Of a stretch of 64,000 nucleotides of DNA, positions 10,501 to 24,400 are shown piece after piece. Where the stretch lies: NCBI RefSeq assembly GCF_009914755.1, contig NC_060925.1. The stretch is one strand, 5' to 3'. Below the pieces are notes generated by a model, which saw only the letters and a list, made by a program, of their open reading frames with translations, was not told the origin of the DNA and searched no databases. A program made the position numbers and the translations under genes. Within the stretch, counting starts at the first letter, position 1; each line of letters opens with the position of its first letter. This DNA comes from the human T2T-CHM13v2.0 reference genome, Homo sapiens.

Positions 10501-13500
10501 TGAAGGCCAACGTCAGAAGGATGTTTCTACGAAAGCTTCTGTTTAGTTAGGTGACGTTATCCCGTTTCCAACGAAATCCTCAGAGAGGTCCAAATATCCA
10601 CCTGCGGAGTCTACAAAAAGTGTGTTTCCAAACTGCTCCACCCAAAGGAATGTTCAGCTCTGTGAGTTGTACTCAATCGTCCCGAAGTATTTTCTGAGAA
10701 TGCTTCTGCCCAGTTTTTACATGAAGCTGTTTCCTTTACTACCGTAGGCCTCAAAGCGTTCCAAACCTCCACTTGCAGATCCTAGGAAAAGAGCGTTTCA
10801 ACCTGAACTCACAAGGGAAGGTTCAACTCTGTCAGTTGAATGCCAACATCACCAAGAAGTTCTGAGAATGTTCCTCTTCAGTTATGTGAGGTTTATCCCG
10901 TTTCCCACGAAATTCTCAGAGAAGTCCCAAAATCCACTTGCATATTCCACAAAAGGTGTGTTTGGAAAATGCGCCATCAAAAGATATGCTCAGCTCTGTG
11001 AGTTAAACTCAATCATCGCAAAGAATTTTCTGAGAATGCTTCCGTCTTGTTTTTAGATGAAGTTCTTTCCTTTACTACGATAGGCCTCAAAGAGGTCCAA
11101 ATCTCCACTGGCAGATTCTGTAGAAGGAGTGTTTCAAACCTGAACTGTCAGAGAAAGGTTCAACACTGTGAGTTGAATGCAAGCATCACGAAGAAGGTTC
11201 TGAGAATGCTTCTGTTTACGTAGGTGACTTTTCTCCCGTATCCAGCGAAATCCTCAGAGCGGTCCAAATCTCCACTTGCAGATTCTACACAAAGTGTGTT
11301 TGGAAACTGCTCCACCCAAAGGAATGTTCGGCTCTGTGAGTTGAACTCATTGGTCACAAAGCGTTTCCTGGGAATGCTCCAGTCTCGCTTTTATGTACAG
11401 TTATATCCTCTACTGAAATAGGCCTCAAAGCGGTCCAAATCTCCCCTTTCAGATTCTACCAGAAATGTGTTTCCAAACGGCCCCATCAAAGGGGATGTTC
11501 AACTCGGTGACTTGAATGCAATCATCACAAAGCAGCTTCTGAGAATGCTTCCATGTAGCTTTGATGAGAAGATATTTCCTTTTCCACCCCAGGCCTCGAA
11601 GCCCTCCAAATGTCCCCTTGCAGATGCTAGAAAGAGGGGGTTTCAAAGCTGCTCTATCAAAAGGAAAGTACAACTCTGTGAGTTGAATGGAAACATCACA
11701 AGGAAGTTCCTGAGCATGCTTCCGTTTAGCTTTTACGGGAAGATTATCCCTTTTCCATCGAAATGTTCAAAGAGGTCCACATATCCGCTTGCAGATTCCA
11801 CACAAAGAGTGTTTCCAAACTGCTGCATCCAAAGGAATCCTCAGCTCCGTGAGTTGAATGCAATCATCACCAAGAAGTTTCTGACAATGCTTCTCTCTAC
11901 TTTTTATGTGAAGATATTTCCTTTTCCACCGCAGGCCTGAAAGCGCTCCAAATGTCCACTTGGAGGCTCTACGAAAAGAATGTTTCAAAACTGCTCTATG
12001 AAAAGCAATGTTATACTCTGGGAGTTGAACACAAGCCTCACAAAGGAGTTTCTGAGAATGCTTCTGTTTACTTTTTACGTGAGGATATTCCCGTTTCCAA
12101 AGAAGTCTTCACAGAGTTCCACCTATCCATTTGCAGATGCTAGCAAAAGAGAGTTTCAAAACTGCTCCATCAAAAGGAATGTTCAACTCTGTGAGTTGCA
12201 TGCAATCATCACAGAGAAGTTTCTGAGAAGGCTTCTGTCTAGATTTTACGTGAAGATATAGCCGTTTCGAACGAAGGCCACAAAGTGCTCCAAATATCCA
12301 CTTGCAGGTCCTCCAAAAAGAGTGTTTCAAACGTGAACTACCAAAGGAAGGCTCAACTCTGGACTTTGAAGGCCAACGTCAGAAGTATGTTTCTCCGAAA
12401 GCTTCTGTTTAGTTAGGTGACGTTATCCCGTTTCCAACGAAATCCTCAGAGAGGTCCAAATATCCACCTGCGGAGTCTACAAAAAGTGTGTTTCCAAACT
12501 GCTCCACCCAAAGGAATGTTCAGCTCTGTGAGTTGAACTCAATCGTCCCAAAGTATTTTGTGAGAATGCTTCTGCCCAGTTTTTACGTGAAGCTCTTTCC
12601 TTTACTACCGTAGGCCTCAAAGCGTTCCAAACCTCCACTTGCAGATACTACGAAAAGAGCGTTTCAACCTGAACTCACAAGGGATGGTTCAACTCTGTCA
12701 GTTGAATGCCAACATCACCAAGAAGTTCTGAGAATGTTCCTCTTCAGTTATGTGAGGTTTATCCCGTTTCCCACGAAATTCTCAGAGAAGTCCCAAAATC
12801 CACTTGCATATTCCACAAAAGGTGTGTTTGGAAAATGCGCCATCAAAAGATATGCTCAGCTCTGTGAGTTAAACTCAATCATCGCAAAGAATTTTCTGAG
12901 AATGCTTCCGTCTTGTTTTTAGATGAAGTTCTTTCCTTTACTACGATAGGCCTCAAAGAGGTCCAAATCTCCACTGGCAGATTCTGCAGAAGGGGTGTTT
13001 CAAACCTGAACTGTCAGAGAAAGGTTCAACACTGTGAGTTGAATGCAAGCATCACGAAGAAGGTTGTGAGAATGCTTCTGTTTACGTAGGTGACTTTTCT
13101 CCCGTATCCAGCGAAATCCTCAGAGCGGTCCAAATCTCCACTTGCAGATTCTACACAAAGTGTGTTTGGAAACTGCTCCACCCAAAGGAATGTTCAGCTC
13201 TGTGAGTTGAACTCAATGGTCACAAAGCGTTTCCTGGGAATGCTCCTGTCTCGCTTTTATGTGCAGTTATATCCTCTACTGCCATAGGCCTCAAAGCGGT
13301 CCAAATCTCCCCTTTCAGATTCTACCAGAAGTGTGTTTCCAAACGGCCCCATCAAAGGGGATGTTCAACTCGGTGACTTGAATGCAATCATCACAAAGCA
13401 GCTTCTGAGAATGCTTCCATGTAGCTTTGATGAGAAGATATTTCCTTTTCCACCCCAGGCCTCGAAGCCCTCCAAATGTCCCCTTGCAGATGCTAGAAAG

Positions 13501-16500
13501 AGGGGGTTTCAAAGCTGCTCTATCAAAAGGAAAGTACAACTCTGTGAGTTGAATGCAAACATCACAAGGAAGTTCCTGAGCATGCTTCCGTTTAGCTTTT
13601 ACGGGAAGATTATCCCTTTTCCATCGAAATGTTCAAAGAGGTCCACATATCCGCTTGCAGATTCCACACAAAGAGTGTTTCCAAACTGCTGCATCCAAAG
13701 GAATCCTCAGCTCCGTGAGTTGAATGCAATCATCACCAAGAAGTTTCTGACAATGCTTCTCTCTAGTTTTTATGTGAAGATATTTCCTTTTCCACCGCAG
13801 GCCTGAAAGCGCTCCAAATGTCCACTTTGAGGCTCTACGAAAAGAATGTTTCAAAACTGCTCTATGAAAAGCAATGTTATACTCTGGGAGTTGAACACAA
13901 GACTCACAAAGGAGTTTCTGAGAATGCTTGTGTTTACTTTTTAAGTGAGGATATTCCCGTTTCCAAAGAAGTATTCACAGAGTTCCACCTATCCATTTGC
14001 AGATGCTAGCAAAAGAGAGTTTCAAAACTTCTCCATCAAAAGGAATGTTCAACTCTGTGAGTTGCATGCAATCATCACAGAGAAGTTTCTGAGAAGGCTT
14101 CTGTCTAGATTTTACGTGAAGATATAGCCGTTTCGAACGAAGGCCACAAAGTGCTCCAAATATCCACTTGCAGGTCCTCCAAAAAGAGTGTTTCAAACGT
14201 GAACTACCAAAGGAAGGCTCACCTCTGGACGTTGAAGGCCAACGTCAGAAGGATGTTTCTGCGAAAGCTTCTGTTTAGTTAGGTGACGTTATCCCGTTTC
14301 CAACGAAATCCTCAGAGAGGTCCAAATATCCACCTGCGGAGTCTACAAAAAGTGTGTTTCCAAACTGCTCCACCCAAAGGAATGTTCAGCTCTGTGAGTT
14401 GAACTCAATCGTCAAGAAGTATTTTCTGAGAATGCTTCTGCCCAGTTTTTACGTGAAGCTGTTTCCTTTACTACCGTAGGCCTCAAAGCGTTCCAAACCT
14501 CCACTTGCAGATACTACGCAAAGAGCATTTCAACCTGAACTCACAAGGGAAGGTTCAACTCTGTCAGTTGAATGCCAACATCACCAAGAATTTCTGAGAA
14601 TGTTCCTCTTCAGTTATGTGAGGTTTATCCCGTTTCCCACGAAATTCTCAGAGAAGTCCCAAAATCCACTTGCATATTCCACAAAAGGTGTGTTTGGAAA
14701 ATGCGCCATCAAAAGATATGCTCAGCTCTGTGAGTTAAACTCAATCATCGCAAAGAATTTTCTGAGAATGCTTCCGTCTTGTTTTTAGATGAAGTTCTTT
14801 CCTTTACTACGATAGGCCTCAAAGAGGTCCAAATCTCCACTGGCAGATTCTGCAGAAGGAGTGTTTCAAACCTGAACTGTCAGAGAAAGGTTCAACACTG
14901 TGAGTTGAATGCAAGCATCACGAAGAAGGTTCTGAGAATGCTTCTGTTTACGTAGGTGACTTTTCTCCGTATCCAGCGAAATCCTCAGAGCGGTCCAAAT
15001 CTCCACTTGCAGATTGTACACAAAGTGTGTTTGGAAACTGCTCCACCCAAAGGAATGTTCAGCTCTGTGAGTTGAACTCAATGGTCACAAAGCGTTTCCT
15101 GGGAATGCTCCTGTCTCGCTTTTATGTGCAGTTATGTCCTCTACTGCCATAGGCCTCAAAGCGGTCCAAATCTCCCCTTTCAGATTCTACCAGAAGTGTG
15201 TTTCCAAACGGCCCCATCAAAGGGGATGTTCAACTCGGTGACTTGAATGCAATCATCACAAAGCAGCTTCTGAGAATGCTTCCATGTAGCTTTGATGAGA
15301 AGATATTTCCTTTTCCACCCCAGGCCTCGAAGCTCTCCAAATGTCCCCTTGCAGATGCTAGAAAGAGGGGGTTTCAAAGCTGCTCTATCAGAAGGAAAGT
15401 ACAACTCTGTGAGTTGAATGCAAACATCACAAGGAAGTTCCTGAGCATGTTTCCGTTTAGCTTTTACGGGAAGATTATCCCTTTTCCATCGAAATGTTCA
15501 AAGAGGTCCACATATCCGCTTGCAGATTCCACCGAAAGAGTGTTTCCAAACTGCTGCATCCAAAGGAATCCTCAGCTCCGTGAGTTGAATGCAATCATCA
15601 CCAAGAAGTTTCTGACAATGCTTCTCTCTAGTTTTTATGTGAAGATATTTCCTTTTCCACCGCAGGCCTGAAAGCGCTCCAAATGTCCACTTGGAGGCTC
15701 TACGAAAAGAATGTTTCAAAACTGCTCTATGAAAAGCAATGTTATACTCTGGGAGTTGAACACAAGCCTCACAAAGGAGTTTCTGAGAATGCTTCTGTTT
15801 ACTTTTTACGTGAGGATATTCCCGTTTCCAAAGAAGTCTTCACAGAGTTCCACCTATCCATTTGCAGATGCTAGCAAAAGAGAGTTTCAAAACTGCTCCA
15901 TCAAAAGGAATGTTCAACTCTGTGAGTTGCATGCAATCATCACAGAGAAGTTTCTGAGAAGGCTTCTGTCTAGATTTTACGTGAAGATATAGCCGTTTCG
16001 AACGAAGGCCACAAAGTGTTCCAAATATCCACTTGCAGGTCCTCCAAAAAGAGTGTTTCAAACGTGAACTACCAAAGGAAGGCTCAACTCCGGACTTTGA
16101 AGGCCAACGTCAGAAGGATGTTTCTGCGAAAGCTTCTGTTTAGTTAGGTGACGTTATCCCGTTTCCAACGAAATCCTCAGAGAGGTCCAAATATCCACCT
16201 GCGGAGTCTACAAAAAGTGTGTTTCAAAACTGCTCCACCCAAAGGAATGTTCAGCTCTGTGGGTTGAACTCAATCGTCCCGAAGTATTTTCTGAGAATGC
16301 TTCTGCCCAGTTTTTACGTGAAGCTCTTTCCTTTACTACCGTAGGCCTCAAAGCGTTCCAAACCTCCACTTGCAGATACTACGAAAAGAGCGTTTCAACC
16401 TGAACTCACAAGGGAAGGTTCAACTCTGTCAGTTGAATGCCAACATCACCAAGAACTTCTGAGAATGTTCCTCTTCAGTTATGTGAGGTTTATCCCGTTT

Positions 16501-18400
16501 CCCACGAAATTCTCAGAGAAGTCCCAAAATCCACTTGCATATTCCACAAAAGGTGTGTTTGGAAAGTGGGCCATCAAAAGATATGCTCAGCTCTGTGAGT
16601 TAAACTCAATCATCGCAAAGAATTTTCTGAGAATGCTTCCGTCTTGTTTTTAGATGAAGTTCTTTCCTTTACTAGGATAGGCCTCAAAGAGGTCCAAATC
16701 TCCACTGGCAGATTCTGTAGAAGGAGTGTTTCAAACCTGAACTGTCAGAGAAAGGTTCAACACTGTGAGTTGAATGTAAGCATCACGAAGAAGGTTCTGA
16801 GAATGCTTCTGTTTACGTAGGTGACTTTTCTGCCGTATCCAGCGAAATCCTCAGAGCGGTCCAAATCTCCACTTGCAGATTCTACACAAAGTGTGTTTGG
16901 AAACTGCTCCACCCAAAGGAATGTTCAGCTCTGTGAGTTGAACTCAATGGTCACAAAGCGTTTCCTGGGAATGCTCCTGTCTCGCTTTTATGTGCAGTTA
17001 TATCCTCTACTGCCATAGGCCTCAAAGCGGTCCAAATCTCCCCTTTCAGATTCTACCAGAAGTGTGTTTCCAAACGGCCCCATCAAAGGGGATGTTCAAC
17101 TCGGTGACTTGAATGCAATCATCACAAAGCAGCTTCTGAGAATGCTTCCATGTAGCTTTGATGAGAAGATATTTCCTTTTCCACCCCAGGCCTCGAAGCC
17201 CTCCAAATGTCCCCTTGCAGATGCTAGAAAGAGGGGGTTTCAAAGCTGCTCTATCAAAAGGAAAGTACAACTCTGTGAGTTGAATGCAAACATCACAAGG
17301 AAGTTCCTGAGCATGCTTCCGTTTAGCTTTTACGGGAAGATTATCCCTTTTCCATCGAAATGTTCAAAGAGGTCCACATATCCGCTTGCAGATTCCACCG
17401 AAAGAGTGTTTCCAAACTGCTGCATCCAAAGGAATCCTCAGCTCCGTGAGTTGAATGCAATCATCACCAAGAAGTTTCTGACAATGCTTCTCTCTAGTTT
17501 TTATGTGAAGATATTTCCTTTTCCACCGCAGGCCTGAAAGCGCTCCAAATGTCCACTTGGAGGCTCTACGAAAAGAATGTTTCAAAACTGCTCTATGAAA
17601 AGCAATGTTATACTCTGGGAGTTGAACACAAGCCTCACAAAGGAGTTTCTGAGAATGCTTCTGTTTACTTTTTACGTGAGGATATTCCCGTTTCCAAAGA
17701 AGTCTTCACAGAGTTCCACCTATCCATTTGCAGATGCTAGCAAAAGAGAGTTTCAAAACTGCTCCATCAAAAGGAATGTTCAACTCTGTGAGTTGCATGC
17801 AATCATCACAGAGAAGTTTCTGAGAAGGCTTCTGTCTAGATTTTACGTGAAGATATAGCCGTTTCGAACAAAGGCCACAAAGTGCTCCAAATATCCACTT
17901 GCAGGTCCTCCAAAAAGAGTGTTTCAAACGTGAACTACCAAAGGAAGGCTCAACTCTGGACTTTGAAGGCCAACGTCAGAAGGATGTTTCTGCGAAAGCT
18001 TCTGTTTAGTTAGGTGACGTTATCCCGTTTCCAACGAAATCCTCAGAGAGGTCCAAATATCCACCTGCGGAGTCTACAAAAAGTGTGTTTCAAAACTGCT
18101 CCACCCAAAGGAATGTTCAGCTCTGTGAGTTGAACTCAATCGTCCCGAAGTATTTTCTGAGAATGCTTCTGCCCAGTTTTTACGTGAAGCTCTTTCCTTT
18201 ACTACCATAGGCCTCAAACGTTCCAAACCTCCACTTGCATATACTACGAAAAGAGCGTTTCAACCTGAACTCACAAGGGAAGGTTCAACTCTGTCAGTTG
18301 AATGCCAACATCACCAAGAACTTCTGAGAATGTTCCTCTTCAGTTATGTGAGGTTTATCCCGTTTCCCACGAAATTCTCAGAGAAGTCCCAAAATCCACT

Positions 18401-21400
18401 TGCATATTCTACAAAAGGTGTGTTTGGAAAATGCGCCATCAAAAGATATGCTCAGCTCTGTGAGTTAAACTCAATCATCGCAAAGAATTTTCTGAGAATG
18501 CTTCTGTCTTGTTTTTAGATGAAGTTCTTTCCTTTACTACGATAGTCCTCAAAGAGGTCCAAATCTCCACTTGCAGATTCTGCAGAAGGAGTGTTTCAAA
18601 CCTGAACAGTCAGAGAAAGGTTCTACACTGTGAGTTGAATGCAAGCATCACGAAGAAGGTTCTGAGAATGCTTCTGTTTACGTAGGTGAGTTTTCTCCCG
18701 TATCCAACGAAATCCTCAGAGCGGTCCAAATCTCCACTTGCAGATTCTACACAAGGTGTGTTTGGAAACTGCTCCACCCAAAGGAATGTTCACGTCTGTG
18801 AGTTGAACTCAATGGTCACAAAGCGTTTCCTGGGAATGCTCCTGTCTCGCTTTTATGTGCAGTTATATCCTCTACTGCCATAGGCCTCAAAGCGGTCCAA
18901 ATCTCCCCTTTCAGATTCTACCAAAAGTGTGTTTCCAAACGGCTCCATCAAAGGGAATGTTCAACTCTGTGACTTCAATGCAATCATCACAAAGCAGCTT
19001 CAGAGAATGCTTCCATGTAGCTTTGATGAGAAGATATTTCCTTTTCCACCCCAGGCCTCGAAGCCCTCCAAATGTCCCCTTGCAGATGCTAGAAAGAGGG
19101 GGTTTCAAAGCTGCTCTATCAAAAGGAAAGTACAACTCTGTGAGTTGAATGCAAACATCACAAGGAAGTTCCTGAGCATGCTTCCGTTTAGCTTTTACGG
19201 GAAGATTGTCCCTTTTCCATCGAAATGTTCAAAGAGGTCCACATATCCGCTTGCAGATTCCACCGAAAGAGTGTTTCCAAACTGCTGCATCCAAAGGAAT
19301 CCTCAGCTCCGTGAGCTGAGTGCAATCATCGCCAAGAAGTTTCTGACAATGCGTCTCTCTAGTTTTTATGTGAAGATATTTCCTGTTCCACCACAGGCCT
19401 GAAAGCGCTCCAAATGTCCACTTGGAGGCTCTACGAAAAGAATGTTTCTAAACTGCTCTATGAAAAGCAATGTTATACTCTGGGAGTTGAACACAAGCCT
19501 CACAAAGGAGTTTCTGAGAATGCTTCTGTTTACTTTTTACGTGAGGATATTCCCGTTTCAAAAGAAGTCTTCACAGAGTTCCACCTATCCATTTGCAGAT
19601 GCTAGCAAAAGAGAGTTTCAAAACTGCTCTATCAAAAGGAACGTTCAACTCTGTGAGTTGCATGCAATCATCACAGAGAAGTTTCTGAGAAGGCTTCTGT
19701 CTAGATTTTATGTGAAGATATAGCCGTTTCGAACGAAGGCCACAAAGTGCTCCAAATATCCACTTGCAGGTCCTCCAGAAAGAGTGTTTCAAACGTGAAC
19801 TACCAAAGGAAGGCTCAACTCTGGACTTTGAATGCCAACGTCAGAAGGATGTTTCTGCGAAAGCTTCTGTTTAGTTAGGTGACGTTATCCCGTTTCCAAC
19901 GAAATCCTCAGAGAGGTCCAAATATCCACCTGCTGAGTCTACAAACAGTGTGTTTCAAAACTGCTCCACCCAAAGGAATGTTCAGCTCTGTGAGTTGAAC
20001 TCAATCATCCCAAAGTATTTTCTGAGAATGCTTCTGTCCAGTTTTTACATGAAGCTGTTTCCTTTACTACCGTAGGCTTCAAAGCGTCCCAAACCTCCAC
20101 TTGCAGATACTACGAAAAGAGCGTTTCAACCTGAACTCACAAGGGAAGGTTCAACTCTGTCAGTTGAATGCCAACATCACCAAGAATTTCTGAGAATGTT
20201 CCTCTTCAGTTATGTGAGGTTTATCCCGATTCCAACGAAATTCTCAGAGAAGTCCCAAAATCCACTTGCATATTCTACAAAAGGTGTGTTTGGAAAATGC
20301 GCCATTAAAATATATGCTCAGCTCTGTGAGTTAAACTCAATCATCGCAAAGAATTTTCTGAGAATGCTTCTGTCTTGTTTTTAGATGAAGTTCTTTCCTT
20401 TACTACGATAGGCCTCAAAGAGGTCCAAATCTCCACTTGCAGATTCTGCAGAAGGAGTGTTTCAAACCTCAACTGTCAGAGAAAGGTTCAACACTGTGAG
20501 TTGAATGCAAGCATCACGAAGAAGGTTCTGAGAATGCTTCTGTTTACGTAGGTGAGTTTTCTCCCGTATCCAACGAAATCCTCAGAGCGGTCCAAATCTC
20601 CACTTGCAGATTCTACACAAAGTGTGTTTGGAAACTGCTCCACCCAAAGGAATGTTCAGCTCTGTGAGTTGAACTCAATCGTCACAAAGCGTTTCCTGGG
20701 AATGCTCCTGTCTCGCTTTTATGTGCAGTTATATCCTCTACTGTCATAGGCCTCAAAGCGGTCCAAATCTCCCCTTTCAGATTCTACCAAAAGTGTGTTT
20801 CCAAACGGCTCCATCAAAGGGAATGTTCAACTCGGTGACTTGAATGCAATCATCACAAAGCAGTTTCTGAGAATGTTTCCATGTAGCTTTGATGAGAAGA
20901 TATTTCCTTTTCCACCCCAGGCCTCGAAGCCCTCCAAATGTCCCCTGCAGATGCTAGAAAGAGGGGGTTTCAAAGCTGCTCTATCAAAAGGAAAGTACAA
21001 CTCTGTGAGTTGAATGCAAACATCACAAGGAAGTTCCTGAGCATGCTTCCGTTTAGCTTTTACGGGAATATTATCCCTTTTCCATCGAAATGTTCAAAGA
21101 GGTCCACATATCCGCTTGCAGATTCCACCGAAAGAGTGTTTCCAAACTGCTGCATCAAAAGGAATCCTCAGCTCCGTGAGTTGAATGCAATCATCACCAA
21201 GAAGTTTCTGACAATGCTTCTCTCTAGTTTTTATGTGAAGATATTTCCTTTTCCACCACTGGCCTGAAAGTGCCCCAAATGTCCACTTGGAGGCTCTACG
21301 AAAAGAATGTTTCAAAACTGCTCTATGAAAAGCAATGTTATACTCTGGGAGTTGAACACAAGCCTCACAAATGAGTTTCTGAGAATGCTTCTGTTTACTT

Positions 21401-24400
21401 TTTACGTGACGATATTCCCGTTTCCAAAGAAGTCTTCACAGAGTTCCACCTATCCATTTGCAGATGCTAGCAAAACTAGAGAATTTCAAAAGTGCTCTAT
21501 CAAAAGGAATGTTCAACTCTGTGAGTTGTATGCAATCATCACAGAGAAGTTTCTGAGAAGGCTTCTGTCTAGATTTTATGTGATGATATAGCCGTTTCGA
21601 ACGAAGGCCACAAAGTGCTCCAAATATCCACTTGCAGGTCCTCCAAAAAGAGTGTTTCAAACGTGAACTACCAAAGGAAGGCTCAACTCTGGACTTTGAA
21701 TGCCAACGTCAGAAGGATGTTTCTGCGAAATCTTCTGTTTAGTTAGGCGACGTTATCCCGTTTCCAACGAAATCCTCAGAGACGTCCAAATATCCACCTG
21801 CAGAGTCTACAAAAAGTGTGTTTCAGAACTGCTCCACCCAAAGGAATGTTCAGCTCTGTGAGTTGAACTCAATCATCCCAAAGTATTTTCTGAGAATGCT
21901 TCTGTCCAGTTTTTACATGAAGCTGTTTCCTTTACTACCGTAGGCCTCAAAGCGTTCCAAACCTCCACTTGCAGATACTACGAAAAGAGCGTTTCAACTT
22001 GAACTCACAAGGAAAGGTTCAACTCTCTCAGTTGAATGCCAACATCACAAAGAAGTTCTGAGAATGTTCCTCTTCAGTTATGTGAGGTTTATCCCGTTTC
22101 CAACGAAATTTTCAGAGAAGTCCCAAAATCCACTTGCATATTCTACAAAAGGTGTGTTTTGAAAATGCGCCATCAAAAGATAGGCTCAGCTCTGTGAGTT
22201 AAACTCAATCATCGCAAAGAATTTTCTGAGAATGCTTCTGTCTTGTTTTTAGATGAAGTTCTTTCCTTTACTACGATAGGCCTCAAAGAGGTCCAAATCT
22301 CCACTTGCAGATTCTGCAGAAGGAGTGTTTCAAACCTGAACTGTCAGAGAAAGGTTCAACACTGTGAGTTGAATGCAAGCATCACGAAGAAGGTTCTGAG
22401 AATGCTTCTGTTTACGTAGGTGACTTTTCTCCCGTATCCAACGAAATCCTCAGAGCGGTCCAAATCTCCACTTGCAGATTCTACACAAAGTGTGTTTGGA
22501 AACTGCTCCATCCAAAGGAATGTTCAGCTCTGTGAGTTGCACTCAATCGTCACAAAGTGTTTCCTGGGAATGCTCCTGTCTCGTTTTTATGTGCAGTTAT
22601 ATCCTCTACTGCCATAGGCCTCAAAGCGTTCCAAATCTCCCCTTTCAGATTCTACCAAAAGTGTGTTTCCAAACGGCTCCATCAAAGGGAGTGTTCATCT
22701 CGGTGACTTGAATGCAATCATCACAAAGCAGCTTCTGAGAATGCTTCCATGTAGCTCTGATGAGAAGATATTTCTTTTTCCACCCCAGGCCTCGAAGCCC
22801 TCCAAATGTCCCCTTGCAGATGCTAGAAAGAGGGGGTTTCAAAGCTGCTCTATCAAAAGGAAAGTACAACTCTGTGAGTTGAATGCAAACATCACAAGGA
22901 AGTTCCTGAGCATGCTTCCGTTTAGCTTTTACGGGAAGATTATCCCTTTTCCATCGAAATGTTCAAAGAGGTCCACATATCCGCTTGCAGATTCCACCGA
23001 AAGAGTGTTTCCAAACTGCTGCATCCAAACGAATCCTCAGCTCCGTGAGTTGAATGCAATCATCACCAAGAAGTTTCTGACAATGCTTCTCTCTAGTTTT
23101 TATGTGAAGATATTTCCTTTTCCACCACAGGCCTGAAAGCGCTCCAAATGTCCACTTGGAGGCTCTACGAAAAGAATGTTTCAAAACTGCTCTATGAAAA
23201 GCAATGTTATACTCTGGGAGTTGAACACAAGCCTCACAAAGGAGTTTCTGAGAATGCTTCTGTTTACTTTTTACGTGAGGATATTCCCGTTTCCAAAGAA
23301 GTCTTCACAGAGTTCCACCTATCCATTTGCAGATGCTAGCAAAACTAGAGAGTTTCAAAACTGCTCTATGAAAAGGAATGTTCAACTCTGTGAGTTGCAT
23401 GCAATCATCACAGAGAAGTTTCTGAGAAGGCTTCTGTCTAGATTTTATTTGAAGATATAGCCGTTTCAAACGAAGGCCACAAAGTGCTCCAAATAGCCAC
23501 TTGCAGGTCCTCCAAAAAGAGTGTTTCAAACGTGAACTACCAAAGGAAGGCTAAACTGTGGACTTTGAAGGCCAACGTCAGAGAGATGTTTCTGCGAAAG
23601 CTTCTGTTTAGTTAGGTGACGTTATCCCGTTTCCAACGAAATCCTCAGTGACGTCCAAATATCCACCTGCAGAGTCTACAAAAAGTGTGTTTCAGAACTG
23701 CTCCACCCAAAATAATGTTCAGCTCTGTGAGTTGAACTCAATCATCCCAAAATAGTTTCTGAGAATGCTTCTGTCCAGTTTTTACATGAAGCTGTTTCCT
23801 TTACTACCGTAGGCCTCAAAGCATTCCAAACCTCCACTTGCAGATACTACGAAAAGAGCGTTTCAACCTGAACTCACAAGGGAAGGTTCAACTCTGTCAG
23901 TTGAATGCCAACATCACCAAGAAATTCTGAGAATGTTCCTCTTCAGTTATGTGAGGTTTATCCCGTTTCCAACGAATTTCTCAGAGAAGTCCCAAAATCC
24001 ACTTGCATATTCTACAAAAGGTGTGTTTTGAAAACGCGCCATCAAAAGATATGCTCAGCTCTGTGAGTTAAACTCAATCATCGCAAAGAATTTTCTGAGA
24101 ATGCTTCTGTCTTGTTTTTAGATGAAGTTCTTTCCTTTACTACGATAGGCCTCAAAGAGGTCCAAATCTCCACTTGCAGATTCTGCAGAAGGAGTGTTTC
24201 AAACCTGAACTGTCAGAGAAACCTTCAACACTGTGGGTTGAATGCAAGCATCACGAAGAAGGTTCTGAGAATGCTTCTGTTTACGTAGGTGAGTTTTCTC
24301 CCGTATCCAACGAAATCCTCAGAGCGGTCCAAATCTCCACTTGCAGATTCTACACAAAGTGTGTTTGGAAACTGCTCCATCCAAAGGAATGTTCAGATCT

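Larger units (their letters stand above)
1..18400 (-). repeat. HOR haplotype block L (~10 copies)
   Basis: Shared diagnostic alleles: TCCAGCGAAA, CTACCAGAA, GGCCCCATCAAAGGGGATG, CCACCGCAGG, CTGCGGAGTC, TATTCCACAA, GCTTCCG(T/C)CTTG. Confidence 0.9.
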
